Source of the DNA: Candidatus Xenobia bacterium
GTDB lineage: Bacteria; Vulcanimicrobiota; Xenobia; Xenobiales; QWHO01
DNA: 64,000 bases
Assembly: GCA_045863235.1 (NCBI GenBank)
Contig: BTUM01000011.1
Location: 61,968 to 125,967 of the forward strand
Direction: 5' to 3'
The notes beneath the pieces were generated by a model. It was not told where the DNA came from, did not search any database, and was given only the letters and a program-made list of their open reading frames with translations. The position numbers and the translations under genes are program-made. This document shows positions 55,234-64,000 of the stretch, in pieces; positions within the stretch are counted from its first letter, which is position 1; the number at the start of each line of letters is the position of its first letter.

Positions 55234-57510
55234 TCACGTCGCACATTGCAGACAGTGACTCACCGCGTCCAGGACTTGTTGGGGTACGTATGGTTTCGGC
55301 AGAAAGTGGACCCCCTCAACTTCGTCATCAGAGTGGGCCAGTTCCTCGCGACTGTAGCCTGACGTGAGCAGAACCCGCAGGTCGGGGCGGTCTGCCCGCA
55401 GCACTCTGGCCAGCTGGCGCCCGGACAGATTGCCGGGCATCACCAGATCGGTGAGAAGGAGCTGAATCTCCTCGCGATGCTGCTGCCAGACCCGAAGGGC
55501 GGCTGGCCCCGAGTCTGCTCCCAGCACTCGGTGGCCCGCGCGGGTCAAGATGCGCGTAATCAAGGAGCGAACGCGCTCGTCATCCTCGACGAGAAGGATG
55601 GTGTTGGCCCCATCGGTGGGGGTGGTGGCTTCGGGAGCGTGGGCCGAGGATGCGAGCATGGTGACCTGCCTTGCAGGCGACGGGGAGCTGGCGGTCAGGG
55701 CCGGGAGATGGACCTCGAACGTGCTGCCCTGGCCCGGTTTGCTCGTAACCAGCATGAAGCCCTCGTGCTGCTTCACGATGCCGTAGACGCTGGCCAGGCC
55801 CAGGCCGGTGCCGCGACCGACCTCCTTGGTCGTGAAGAAGGGCTCGAAGATATGCTCGAGGTGCTCGGGGGAGATGCCCGTCCCGCTGTCCTGGACCCGA
55901 ATGACCACGTAGATGCCGGACCGGGCTCCCGAATGCCCTGCCGCTTGCTCTTTGTCCAGCTCGACCAGGCCGGTCGCCAGAGTCAACCGTCCCCCTCCCG
56001 GCATTGCATCGCGGGCATTCACTGCCAGGTTCAAGACGATCTGGTCGATCATCGAGCGATCAGCCCGCACCGGGGGAAGGTCGCCGGCCAGCTGCAGCAC
56101 GATCTCAACGGTTTCTCCCAGGGTTCTCTCAAGCAACCCGGAAAGCTCTTTCAGCACATTCGAGATGTCCAACTCCACCGGTTCGATGAGCTGGCGTCGT
56201 CCGAACATGAGCAGCTGACGGATGAGCTGGGCGGCCATGTGCGAGGCCTGCAGGGCCTCGCGCAGCAGGTCGGAATCTTCCGCCTTGATCGTCGGGGAGT
56301 GCCCGGCGATGGCGAGGTTGCCCTGAATGACCGTCAACAGGTTGTTGAAGTCGTGGGCCACTCCTCCGGCAAGCTGGCCGATTGCCTCCATCTTCTCGGC
56401 CTGGCGAAGGCGGTCTTCCAGGGCTCGATTGATCTCCTCGGACTTCTTCAAGTCGGTCACGTCGAGCACGAATCCCACCACTCGCTCGGGGCGACCGGAG
56501 GCATCGCAGGAAGGGCGCCCGGCGCGATTGGAGAGCCAGCGCACCTCCCCGCAGGCCAGCACGACCCGAAACTCGCTCTCGCTGGCCTGTCTGGAGCTCA
56601 TCGCATTCCGGGCTTGGAAGCCGACCCGCTCGCGGTCCTCAGGGTGCACGAGATCGGTGAGGAATTCGAGGGACGGGGGGGATTCGGTCAGCTTCAGGAG
56701 CTTGAGCAACTCGGCCGACAAGTAGAAGCTCCCCTCTTCGAGGTTCCACTCCCACACCCCCATGCGGGCTTCCGAGAGGGCCAGATGAAAGCGCTCGTTG
56801 ACCTCCTGGAGAGCCTCCTGGGCCATCTTGACCGGCGTGATGTCAGTGGCCACGCCCGCCACCCGATATACCTGGCCCGACTCGTCATGCACGGCAAAGG
56901 CCCGGTCGCGAAGCCACCGCACCTCGCCGTCTGGTCGCACGATGCGATAGATCTCATCGTAGTCACCCGATGCCTGACGCTGCACGGCCAGCTCGATGCG
57001 GTCACGGTCCTCGGGGTGTACCAGGTCCAGCCAGGAGCGAGGAGATGCGAGCAAGCTGGACACGGCCTGACCCCAGATAGCCTCGTAGGCGGGGCTGACG
57101 TAGAGCATCTGCTCCTTGCTCACGTCGGTCAGCCAGAACACCTCCCCCACGTTCTCCGCCAGCTGGCGAAAACGAGCCTCGGCCTCGCGAACGACGGCCT
57201 CGGCCTCCTCGCGCTGGCTGATCTCGCGCCGCCAGCGCGCTTCCATGGCGCCCACCGTGAAATAGAGCAACAAGCTGGTGAGCCAGACGAAGCCGAACCC
57301 CTTCCAGGTCTGCATGGATGCCTCCAACTCAGGGCTCTCGAACCCCTTGACCAGCCAGTCGGAGCAGGCGATATAGGCAGTCGCCGCCAGAAAGTAGACC
57401 ACCGCCAGTCGGGCCGCAGCGTACTTCCCGAATCGGGCAGAGCTGGTGAAGGAGTTCTTCCTCGTCGAGCCCATGAAAGTGTGGATCACCGCGCCGTCAG
57501 TGGGCGACAT
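55234..57510 (-). CDS. Membrane hybrid sensor kinase (two TM, two PAS, HisKA/HATPase, receiver)
   Basis: [36 protein letters not shown]; receiver TDLVMP. Confidence 0.95.
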   Translation of the reverse strand: MSPTDGAVIHTFMGSTRKNSFTSSARFGKYAAARLAVVYFLAATAYIACSDWLVKGFESPELEASMQTWKGFGFVWLTSLLLYFTVGAMEARWRREISQREEAEAVVREAEARFRQLAENVGEVFWLTDVSKEQMLYVSPAYEAIWGQAVSSLLASPRSWLDLVHPEDRDRIELAVQRQASGDYDEIYRIVRPDGEVRWLRDRAFAVHDESGQVYRVAGVATDITPVKMAQEALQEVNERFHLALSEARMGVWEWNLEEGSFYLSAELLKLLKLTESPPSLEFLTDLVHPEDRERVGFQARNAMSSRQASESEFRVVLACGEVRWLSNRAGRPSCDASGRPERVVGFVLDVTDLKKSEEINRALEDRLRQAEKMEAIGQLAGGVAHDFNNLLTVIQGNLAIAGHSPTIKAEDSDLLREALQASHMAAQLIRQLLMFGRRQLIEPVELDISNVLKELSGLLERTLGETVEIVLQLAGDLPPVRADRSMIDQIVLNLAVNARDAMPGGGRLTLATGLVELDKEQAAGHSGARSGIYVVIRVQDSGTGISPEHLEHIFEPFFTTKEVGRGTGLGLASVYGIVKQHEGFMLVTSKPGQGSTFEVHLPALTASSPSPARQVTMLASSAHAPEATTPTDGANTILLVEDDERVRSLITRILTRAGHRVLGADSGPAALRVWQQHREEIQLLLTDLVMPGNLSGRQLARVLRADRPDLRVLLTSGYSREELAHSDDEVEGVHFLPKPYVPQQVLDAVSHCLQCAT

Positions 57511-57556
57511 TGCTTGCGCATGCCTTCCAGTCTAGACCAGGGGTCTCAACCGGCAA

Positions 57557-58243
57557 TCAACGTTTGACGGCCAGAACCAACCAGTCCTGATCGGCGTAAG
57601 TGCGGCCGAGCTCGACCGTCTCGAAGCCACTGGCTTCGAGAAGACCGCGTAGCTCCTGGGGCCCGAAGAAATGATAAGTGCGCTGGCGGGCCCGGGACAA
57701 GATGGCAAAGTTGAAGAGCAGCACCAGGACCAGGGCTGGCAAGAGAGCCAGAAAACGGGCCCGGTGGCGCCAGCCGCGAGCCAGCTGATCGGTGACCAGC
57801 GCGCCCAGACGGAACTCGGAGGCGGGCGTGGCCAGCACCAGGCGCCCACCAGGCTTCATCACGCGGCCCAACTCGCCCAGCGTGAAGGCAGGCCGGGGCA
57901 GGCTATAGAGAACGTTGGAGGAAACGATGGCGTCGAACCACTGGTCGGGAAAGGGGAGCGGGCCATCAAGGTCGACCAGGGCCAGTTCCGCCCAACGCCC
58001 GCGCCTGGCTGCGCGCTCGAGCATGGCCGCGCTGGCATCCAGCCCTGTAACCCGGGCGGTGGGGCAACTTTCCTGCACTGCCCGGGTCACCTGACCCGTG
58101 CCGCACCCGGCGTCCAGAATGTGTTGCAGGCTGCAGGGGGCGAGACGGTCGACGAGGTCACGAACCAGCTCGCGATAGGGCTCGAGCTGGCACAGCGAGT
58201 CATACACCCGGGCGTAGGCGCTCCAGAAACCAGGCCAGGACAA
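57557..58243 (-). CDS. Class I SAM-dependent methyltransferase
   Basis: ILDAGCGTG, GLDAS..ML, LPFPD..FD and RVMKPGG; start taken at TTG 58243. Confidence 0.88.
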   Translation of the reverse strand: MSWPGFWSAYARVYDSLCQLEPYRELVRDLVDRLAPCSLQHILDAGCGTGQVTRAVQESCPTARVTGLDASAAMLERAARRGRWAELALVDLDGPLPFPDQWFDAIVSSNVLYSLPRPAFTLGELGRVMKPGGRLVLATPASEFRLGALVTDQLARGWRHRARFLALLPALVLVLLFNFAILSRARQRTYHFFGPQELRGLLEASGFETVELGRTYADQDWLVLAVKR

Positions 58244-58339
58244 ACAGGCGTTCCCTTCTGTTGATTGGGGCGTCTTGACGCGGCGTTGAGGGGTATCGGC
58301 TAGGGTAAGCGGGTGAAAACCCAGCCGGGAGGCCCGACG

Positions 58340-60025
58340 ATGACTCCTCCACCCGAAGTCGCCCGAATCGCACTTTGCATCCGCGAGCTGAACGAAATTG
58401 AGCTGCCTCAGTACTTCGCTCTGCGCCGGGAGGTCTACGCTCGCTCGGGCTACCTTCCTGCCGGGGGGTCGGGTCTGGACGTGGATCCCTTCGACTGGCG
58501 TTGCCGTTTCCTGGGAGCCTTCCTGGACACCGGGGAAAGCCAGCGCCTGATAGGGGGAGCACGATTGATCACCGAGTCTCCCGGGCCCCTCTCTGAGGCC
58601 GTCGAAGGATTGGCCGGCCCAGACCTGACGCGCGCCGAGAGCGGTTTTTTTGCCGAGCGGATCTTCCAATTCCGGCCTCAGCTGGAAAGGCGCCTGTACC
58701 CGGGTCAGCGACTGGTGGAGTTCGGGCGCACGGTCTGCCGCGAGGAGTACCGCAGCTTCGGGGTGGGCAAGGCCCTGGTGCTCGGGTTGCACGGCCTGGC
58801 ACTGAACCTGGGGGCGGCGTACGGCATCGCCTGCGCACCCGCTCACCTGGTTTCCTTTTACACGAGGCTGGGTGGCATGGTGCTCAACCAGGCTGCCACC
58901 TTACACCAGGACCTGACAGTCAAAGCGGTTCCCTTGCTCGTTGACCTGACCCGGGCCGCCAGCGCCTCGCTGGAGGCCCACGAAGCAGCTCGCCGGCTCC
59001 GCGCCGGAGGGATGCTCACCCTGATGGGCGACCCGGGCCAGTTGCGCCCCCGGGGGGAAGAGCCGGTTTGCCTCCTGCGCAACGACCTGTCCCCCCAGGA
59101 CGTCCCCTACGACTGGACATCGCCCGAGCTGACCCTGAGTCATCTGAGTCACCCCGTCAATCTGCACGACGAGACGCTGCGCGACGGGCTGCAGTCAGCC
59201 TCGGTGCGCCACCCGGACATCGTGGGCAAGCTGGAGATCTTGCACGCCATCGCCGATCTGGGCGTGGGCAGCGCCAACCTGGGCATGCCCGGGGCAGGAG
59301 GAAAGGTGGCCGCCGACGTGCTGCGGCTGGCCGAGGAGATTGCCGAGCAGAACCTGCCGCTGGTGCCCTGCTGCGCTGCGCGCACCTGCCAGGCCGATCT
59401 CGACCCGCTGCTCACCATCCTCGACCGCACCGGAGTACGCCTGGAAGTCGGGCTCTTCCTGGGCTCGAGCCGCATCCGCCAACTGGCCGAGGGATGGGAC
59501 CTGGACCACCTTCTGCGCCTGACCGAGGAGTGGGTGGGCTATGCAGCGGATCGGGGGCTCGAGGTCATGTTCGTGACCGAGGACACCTGCCGAGCCGATC
59601 CCGAGCACCTGCGTCGGCTGTACAGCACCGCCGTTGACCGGGGGGCACGTCGAATCTGCGCCACCGACACCGTCGGGTGCGCCAGTCCTTACGGGGTAAC
59701 CGCCCTGATTCGATCTCTGCGCTTGATGGTCGGGCCCCGAGTGGCCATCGACTGGCACGGCCATGGTGATCGGGGGCTGGGAGTGCCCAACAGCCTGGCG
59801 GCCCTGCTTGCTGGAGCTGATCGCGTGCACGCCACCGCGTTAGGTATCGGCGAGCGCTGTGGCAACACCCCCATGGAGCTGATGCTGCTGCATCGAGCCC
59901 GGCACACAGGGCAACCCTGGGTGGCCGAACGAGTGCAAGGCTACTTGAACACCGTTGCCCGCGAGCTGGAGCTGGAGAGCCCGCCTGCGTGGCTATCCCC
60001 CGAACTGGAGGTGCTCCCGGTTTGA
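58340..60025 (+). CDS. Fusion: LuxI/FeeM-like GNAT acyltransferase plus DRE-TIM (LeuA/homocitrate synthase-like) catalytic barrel
   Basis: N-terminus LRREVY...D.DPFD...IGGARLI...VEFGR...FYTRLG; C-terminus HDETLRDGLQ, EDT.RA, DTVG, WHGHGDRGL and GIGERCGN; GGGAGG RBS. Confidence 0.85.
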   Translation: MTPPPEVARIALCIRELNEIELPQYFALRREVYARSGYLPAGGSGLDVDPFDWRCRFLGAFLDTGESQRLIGGARLITESPGPLSEAVEGLAGPDLTRAESGFFAERIFQFRPQLERRLYPGQRLVEFGRTVCREEYRSFGVGKALVLGLHGLALNLGAAYGIACAPAHLVSFYTRLGGMVLNQAATLHQDLTVKAVPLLVDLTRAASASLEAHEAARRLRAGGMLTLMGDPGQLRPRGEEPVCLLRNDLSPQDVPYDWTSPELTLSHLSHPVNLHDETLRDGLQSASVRHPDIVGKLEILHAIADLGVGSANLGMPGAGGKVAADVLRLAEEIAEQNLPLVPCCAARTCQADLDPLLTILDRTGVRLEVGLFLGSSRIRQLAEGWDLDHLLRLTEEWVGYAADRGLEVMFVTEDTCRADPEHLRRLYSTAVDRGARRICATDTVGCASPYGVTALIRSLRLMVGPRVAIDWHGHGDRGLGVPNSLAALLAGADRVHATALGIGERCGNTPMELMLLHRARHTGQPWVAERVQGYLNTVARELELESPPAWLSPELEVLPV

Positions 60026-61062
60026 TACCCTTCGAATGCAATCGCCCGGTACTGTTGGAAGACTGCACCCTGGCCCTGACGCAACTCGACCGCGAGCAGC
60101 AGCTCGATCACCTGGCCAACCTGGCGCTTCTCGGGGTTGGACGGGTTGAGCTGAAGCCGGGGCCAGATCTGGCCGTACTGGTGGAGGAGTGCGCCGAGCT
60201 GGGACTGACCGCGGTGGTCTGCCTGGCGAACGCGGCCGCCCTGGAAGAAACCCTGATGCCGGGGCTCGAGGTGCGGGTGAGTCCGGCGCTGCTGCCGACA
60301 GCCCGGGAGCGGCAACTGCCCTGCTGGCTGGTGCTGTCCGGGGCGGGGCAGATCTCTCCGGCTGCCCTGGCCCGGGAGTTGACGAGGGCCCGCGACCACC
60401 AGGTGCTGGGGGTCTGCATGCAGGACGAGCTGGGCGTGGCTACCCCCGATGGGGTGTTCCGCCTGGGCGCTTTCTGCCGCAACGCCCAGGAGGCCCTGGG
60501 AATGCAGATCGAGATTCTCTGGAGCCAGCGCGATACAGAAGGAACAGGGATCTACGGAGCGCTGCAAGCCCTGCGCTCGGGTCTGAGCGGCGTGCGCTGC
60601 GCCGGCCTGGGGCTGGGGGGCATGATCGCTCTCGACACGCTCTTGCTCAACCTGGTGCTGGAAGGGCTCTGGTCCGGCCCCACCGAGGCTCTCAAGACCT
60701 GCTGCGCCCACCTGGTGGAAAGCCTGGACCTGCGGCTGCCGGCCAACTATCCCCTGGCTGGCCGGGACGCCTTCTGCACTTCCACAGGCGTGCATGCCCG
60801 GGCGATGCAGAAGGCGCTCCAGATGGGCCAGCCGGCACTGGCGGACCAGGTCTACAGCGTGGTGGCTCCGGGGCGATTCGGCTTCTCTCACCGCATCGAG
60901 GTAGGCCCCTTGTCGGGGCGCTCCAACGTGGAGTGCTGGCTGATGGAGCGCGGACTGAGCGCGTCGCCCAAGACGGTCGGTCGGATTTTGGAGAGGGCCA
61001 AGGCCCACTATCGTTCCCTGGACGATCAGGAGATTCTCGCCCTGCTGGAGGACCGCTCATGA
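60022..61062 (+). CDS. Degenerate DRE-TIM barrel plus LeuA-type C-terminal helical subdomain
   Basis: Catalytic motifs lost (EDCTLAL, no HxH); retains NYPLAGRDAF.TSTGVHA, VYS.V.P..FG and IEVGPLSGRSNV; TTGA overlap. Confidence 0.78.
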   Translation: MIPFECNRPVLLEDCTLALTQLDREQQLDHLANLALLGVGRVELKPGPDLAVLVEECAELGLTAVVCLANAAALEETLMPGLEVRVSPALLPTARERQLPCWLVLSGAGQISPAALARELTRARDHQVLGVCMQDELGVATPDGVFRLGAFCRNAQEALGMQIEILWSQRDTEGTGIYGALQALRSGLSGVRCAGLGLGGMIALDTLLLNLVLEGLWSGPTEALKTCCAHLVESLDLRLPANYPLAGRDAFCTSTGVHARAMQKALQMGQPALADQVYSVVAPGRFGFSHRIEVGPLSGRSNVECWLMERGLSASPKTVGRILERAKAHYRSLDDQEILALLEDRS

Positions 61063-62045
61063 CCCCTGCCAACCTTCTGCGCACTCGCTTTGGCTACATC
61101 GCCGCCCGAGCCATTGGAGTGGCGGTCGAGCTCGACCTGTTTACCCGGATGGCGGAGGGTAAGGCCAGCCTGCACGAGTTGTGCCTGGCGACTCGCTCTT
61201 CCGAGCGAGGCCTGCGCGCCCTGCTCAAGGCTCTGGTTCCGCTGGACCTGGTGCGCGAGGACCGTCCTGGCCATTTTCAGACCAGCCCGGAATCGGAGCG
61301 CTACCTGGTCAGCCACTCCCCCCACTACCTGGGAGGAATGATTCGTCAAGCCGACCGGCTCTGGGAGCGCTGGGGCCGGCTGGGCGAGGCGGTGCGCAGC
61401 GGACTTCCCCCCGAGGCCGGTATCGAGTCGAATGAAGATGACGGGAGGTTCTTCTCGGAGTTCGTGCAGGGGCTCTACAACCTGAACGCTCCCGCCGCCC
61501 GCGAGCTGGCCCGTGAGCTGGCCCGCTTCGAGCCAGCGCGGGTGCTGGACGTTGGAGCCGGGAGCGCGGTCTGGAGCCTGGCATTGGTGGCCGAGCGCCC
61601 GGCCACGCTGGTCACCGCGCTGGACCGCGAGCGGGTGCTCGAGCAGGTGACCCGAGCTTACGTGCGCGAGCACGGGGCCGAGAATTATTATAGTTTTCTT
61701 GCTGGCGACCTGCGCGAGTCGGAGCTTGAGCCGGAAGGTTACGACCTGGTCATCCTGGGCCACGTGCTCCACTCGGAGGGGAGGGAGGGCTCGCGAAGGC
61801 TGCTCGCGCGAGCCTTTCGTGCCCTGCGCCCGGGAGGGGCTCTGGCCGTGGCCGAGGTGGTGCCCGATGCCGAGCAGTCTGATGTTTATTCCTGGCTCTT
61901 CGGGCTTCACATGCTGCTGCTTACGACCGAGGGCGACGTGTTCGAGGCCTCCGAGCTGGAGGCCCTGGTGGGCGAGGCGGGCTTCGGCGCCCTGCGCTGG
62001 CCGGAGTTGCCCGGGCCCTACGCGGTGCTGCTGGCGCGGCGCTGA
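61059..62045 (+). CDS. O-methyltransferase (Methyltransf_2 with dimerisation domain)
   Basis: AVELDLF, RVLDVGAGSA, FLAGD, GHVLH and ALRPGG; ATGA overlap. Confidence 0.92.
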   Translation: MTPANLLRTRFGYIAARAIGVAVELDLFTRMAEGKASLHELCLATRSSERGLRALLKALVPLDLVREDRPGHFQTSPESERYLVSHSPHYLGGMIRQADRLWERWGRLGEAVRSGLPPEAGIESNEDDGRFFSEFVQGLYNLNAPAARELARELARFEPARVLDVGAGSAVWSLALVAERPATLVTALDRERVLEQVTRAYVREHGAENYYSFLAGDLRESELEPEGYDLVILGHVLHSEGREGSRRLLARAFRALRPGGALAVAEVVPDAEQSDVYSWLFGLHMLLLTTEGDVFEASELEALVGEAGFGALRWPELPGPYAVLLARR

Positions 62046-62049
62046 AACA

Positions 62050-63999
62050 TCAGGACACGTTCACCGGGAGGCGGCCAGTCGCCGCGGGCTCGGGTGGCTC
62101 CAGGCCCGTGGCCTCGAGCCAGGCTCGACGGAAGCGCTCCGACTCGCGCAGTGACCCGGCAAGGTCGCCCAGGTGGTTGAGACACTCGAGCATGCTCCCG
62201 GAAGCCTTCTGGTCGAGGGGCTCGAGCGCGAGGAGCCGGCGATAGCGGGCGACCGCCTCGCCAGGTCGTCCCTCGTGACGATCTTGCTCGGCCAGGAACG
62301 TCAGCAGCTCGCGGAACCGATCGCGCAGCTCCTGGCGACGCTCGCTGATGAAATCGAGGTAGAGATCGTGGGCCAGAAAGTCACCGGTGTAGAGCCGCTC
62401 GGCCCGCAGCATGCGGGCGGTGGCTCGCTCGCGATCCCCTTGCTTGCTGGCCTGCCAGCCTTCCTGCACCAGGCGCTCGAACTCCATCACGTCATAATCG
62501 ACCAGCCCGTTCAGGTCGAGCCGGTAGCCGGTGGCGGTGCGCTCGAGCTCGATGCGATCGCCGGCCACGCTTCGGAACATGCGGCGCAGCAAGGAAACGT
62601 GCTGGGCCAGGCTGTGGCGCGAGCGGTCGGCCGGATAGTCAGGCCAGAAGCACTCCAGGGCCTGGTCGGTAACGATCGTGAGGTCTCGCGAGCAGAGGAT
62701 GTACTTCAGCAACTGAGCCAGCAACGAGCGCTTCAAGTCGGTAAGTTTCTGCGGCATTCCATCGGCGATGATCTCGAGCCCCCCGAAGGCCCGGATGGAG
62801 ACGCTCCCGATGGGTCCCAAACTGCGTTGGAGGGCGTAACCAGCGGCCTCCCGCACGGTGCGAGCGGGGTCGCCCTGCACCAGGCGTCGGAGGATGCGCT
62901 CGGCCCGAGGAGAGCTGAGGCTGCCCAGTAGCACGGCCGCCTGGCGGCGCAGTGTGTATCGCGGCTCGTCGAGCACCGGCTCGATCTGGTCCAGAACGCA
63001 GTCACCCATGGACTGGAGGATCCCGATGGCAGACTGGCGGTGCTCGGCCAGTTCGGTGGCCTGCAAGAGAAGTCCCACCGACAGTTGCCAGGGATCGCTG
63101 CGCCAGAAGTCCTCGTAGCCGTGCTCGCGCATGAGCGTGAGGGCCCGTTCCAGGGAAGGACCGGGACCGGGCTGGGCTGCGGCCAGGACCATGTGGGCCT
63201 TCATCTCCCAGTAGCTCGAGCGGGCCTGCGCGGCCAGGCCGAGAGCCCGCTCCAGATAACAGGCCGAAGGCTCGAGCTGGCCTGAGCGAAGCTCCAGGTA
63301 ACCCAGCGCGCACAGGCACTCGGGCGCATACAGGCCGTAGCCATTGAGGTCGAGCACACGCAGCATCTCCTCGCCAGCCACCCGGGCCTGCTCGGTGGCC
63401 CCGGTCAGCAGGGAGAGGAGCATGCGATTGCGGTAGTACCAGGGCTTGAACTGGGCTGGAACGTGGTTCTCGGAGATGCTGGCCAGCAGGCGGGCGGCCT
63501 GGGCCAGCTCATTGCGCTCCAGGCAGACCATGGCTCTCAGGTTCTCGAACCCCTTGGCGACGTAGACGTGCCCGGCGCGATTTGCATTGACCCAGACATC
63601 CTCCACCAGTTCTCCGGCCGTCGAGAGCTGGCCCGCCATAATCAGCACCAGGGCTTTGTTCATAGCCAGCTGGTAGATGACCAGAGCCCAGTTTTTGCGC
63701 CGAAAGAACTCGATTCCCTCGCCCAGTACGGCCAGCGCCTCGGAGAAATTCCCCTGAGGGAAATGATAGGCGAACCCGTAGGCCAGGCAGGCCCAGGAAA
63801 TGGCGCGCGGGTGGCTGCACGCCCAGGCCAGGGCGTGGCTTTCGGCCATGAGGAAGTAGCCGCGCTCGAAGTCGCGGCCCGAATAGACCAGGGTGGCCCC
63901 AAGCAGGGAGCCCAAGATCGAGCGCATGGCGTTGTCGGAGGGCCCGCATTTCTGATGCGTGTCAAGAGAGAGACTGCGGAGGCCGTAACCACGCGAGTT
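62050..63999 (-). CDS. Large TPR/HEAT plus winged-HTH/BTAD (SARP-like) transcriptional regulator, 5'-truncated
   Basis: IRAFGGL, FWPD, GYRL....DYDV.EFE and LYTGDFL BTAD motifs; frame is open to the window edge. Confidence 0.85.
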   Translation of the reverse strand, partial: NSRGYGLRSLSLDTHQKCGPSDNAMRSILGSLLGATLVYSGRDFERGYFLMAESHALAWACSHPRAISWACLAYGFAYHFPQGNFSEALAVLGEGIEFFRRKNWALVIYQLAMNKALVLIMAGQLSTAGELVEDVWVNANRAGHVYVAKGFENLRAMVCLERNELAQAARLLASISENHVPAQFKPWYYRNRMLLSLLTGATEQARVAGEEMLRVLDLNGYGLYAPECLCALGYLELRSGQLEPSACYLERALGLAAQARSSYWEMKAHMVLAAAQPGPGPSLERALTLMREHGYEDFWRSDPWQLSVGLLLQATELAEHRQSAIGILQSMGDCVLDQIEPVLDEPRYTLRRQAAVLLGSLSSPRAERILRRLVQGDPARTVREAAGYALQRSLGPIGSVSIRAFGGLEIIADGMPQKLTDLKRSLLAQLLKYILCSRDLTIVTDQALECFWPDYPADRSRHSLAQHVSLLRRMFRSVAGDRIELERTATGYRLDLNGLVDYDVMEFERLVQEGWQASKQGDRERATARMLRAERLYTGDFLAHDLYLDFISERRQELRDRFRELLTFLAEQDRHEGRPGEAVARYRRLLALEPLDQKASGSMLECLNHLGDLAGSLRESERFRRAWLEATGLEPPEPAATGRLPVNVS

Positions 64000-64000
64000 T

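Noticed and set aside
60000..60030. Split LeuA-like genes as a frameshifted single leuA
   Set aside because: Gene 2 contains its own degenerate barrel of about 220 aa before the C-terminal subdomain and has a TTGA coupled start, so it is a separate paralogue.

Overview
Very GC-rich, densely coded bacterial chromosomal window with about 60 genes. I found no rRNA, tRNA, CRISPR array, transposase or phage genes. Housekeeping and metabolic genes include mdh, clpP, hemE, hemY/hemG, pssA, a queuosine-salvage hydrolase, a PLP decarboxylase, a kynureninase-like enzyme, an Lrp regulator with MarC, an ECF sigma/anti-sigma pair, a MazF/PemK toxin-antitoxin pair and a Ser/Thr kinase. Five things stand out. 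(1) A candidate new small-molecule biosynthetic cluster at 57.5-64 kb: a LuxI/FeeM-like acyltransferase fused to a DRE-TIM (LeuA/homocitrate-synthase-like) catalytic barrel that lacks its C-terminal subdomain, a catalytically dead barrel that carries that subdomain, two methyltransferases and a BTAD regulator, next to a signalling island with two sigma factors. (2) A set of orphan proteins without signal peptides: three share a C-terminal motif (VxVGGVRLxxR-like), and four share a fixed-spacing leaderless promoter (TTTCAG-N10-yAnnnT-N6/7-start), including two clostripain-like proteases with glycine-rich hydrophobic hairpins. This suggests an undescribed secretion or effector regulon. (3) A phospholipid N-methyltransferase/phosphatidylserine decarboxylase fusion facing pssA. 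(4) A four-domain RNA end-repair gene broken by three frameshifts. (5) Several apparent non-canonical start codons (CTG overlapping the upstream TGA). All family assignments come from motifs recognised by eye; no database searches were run.
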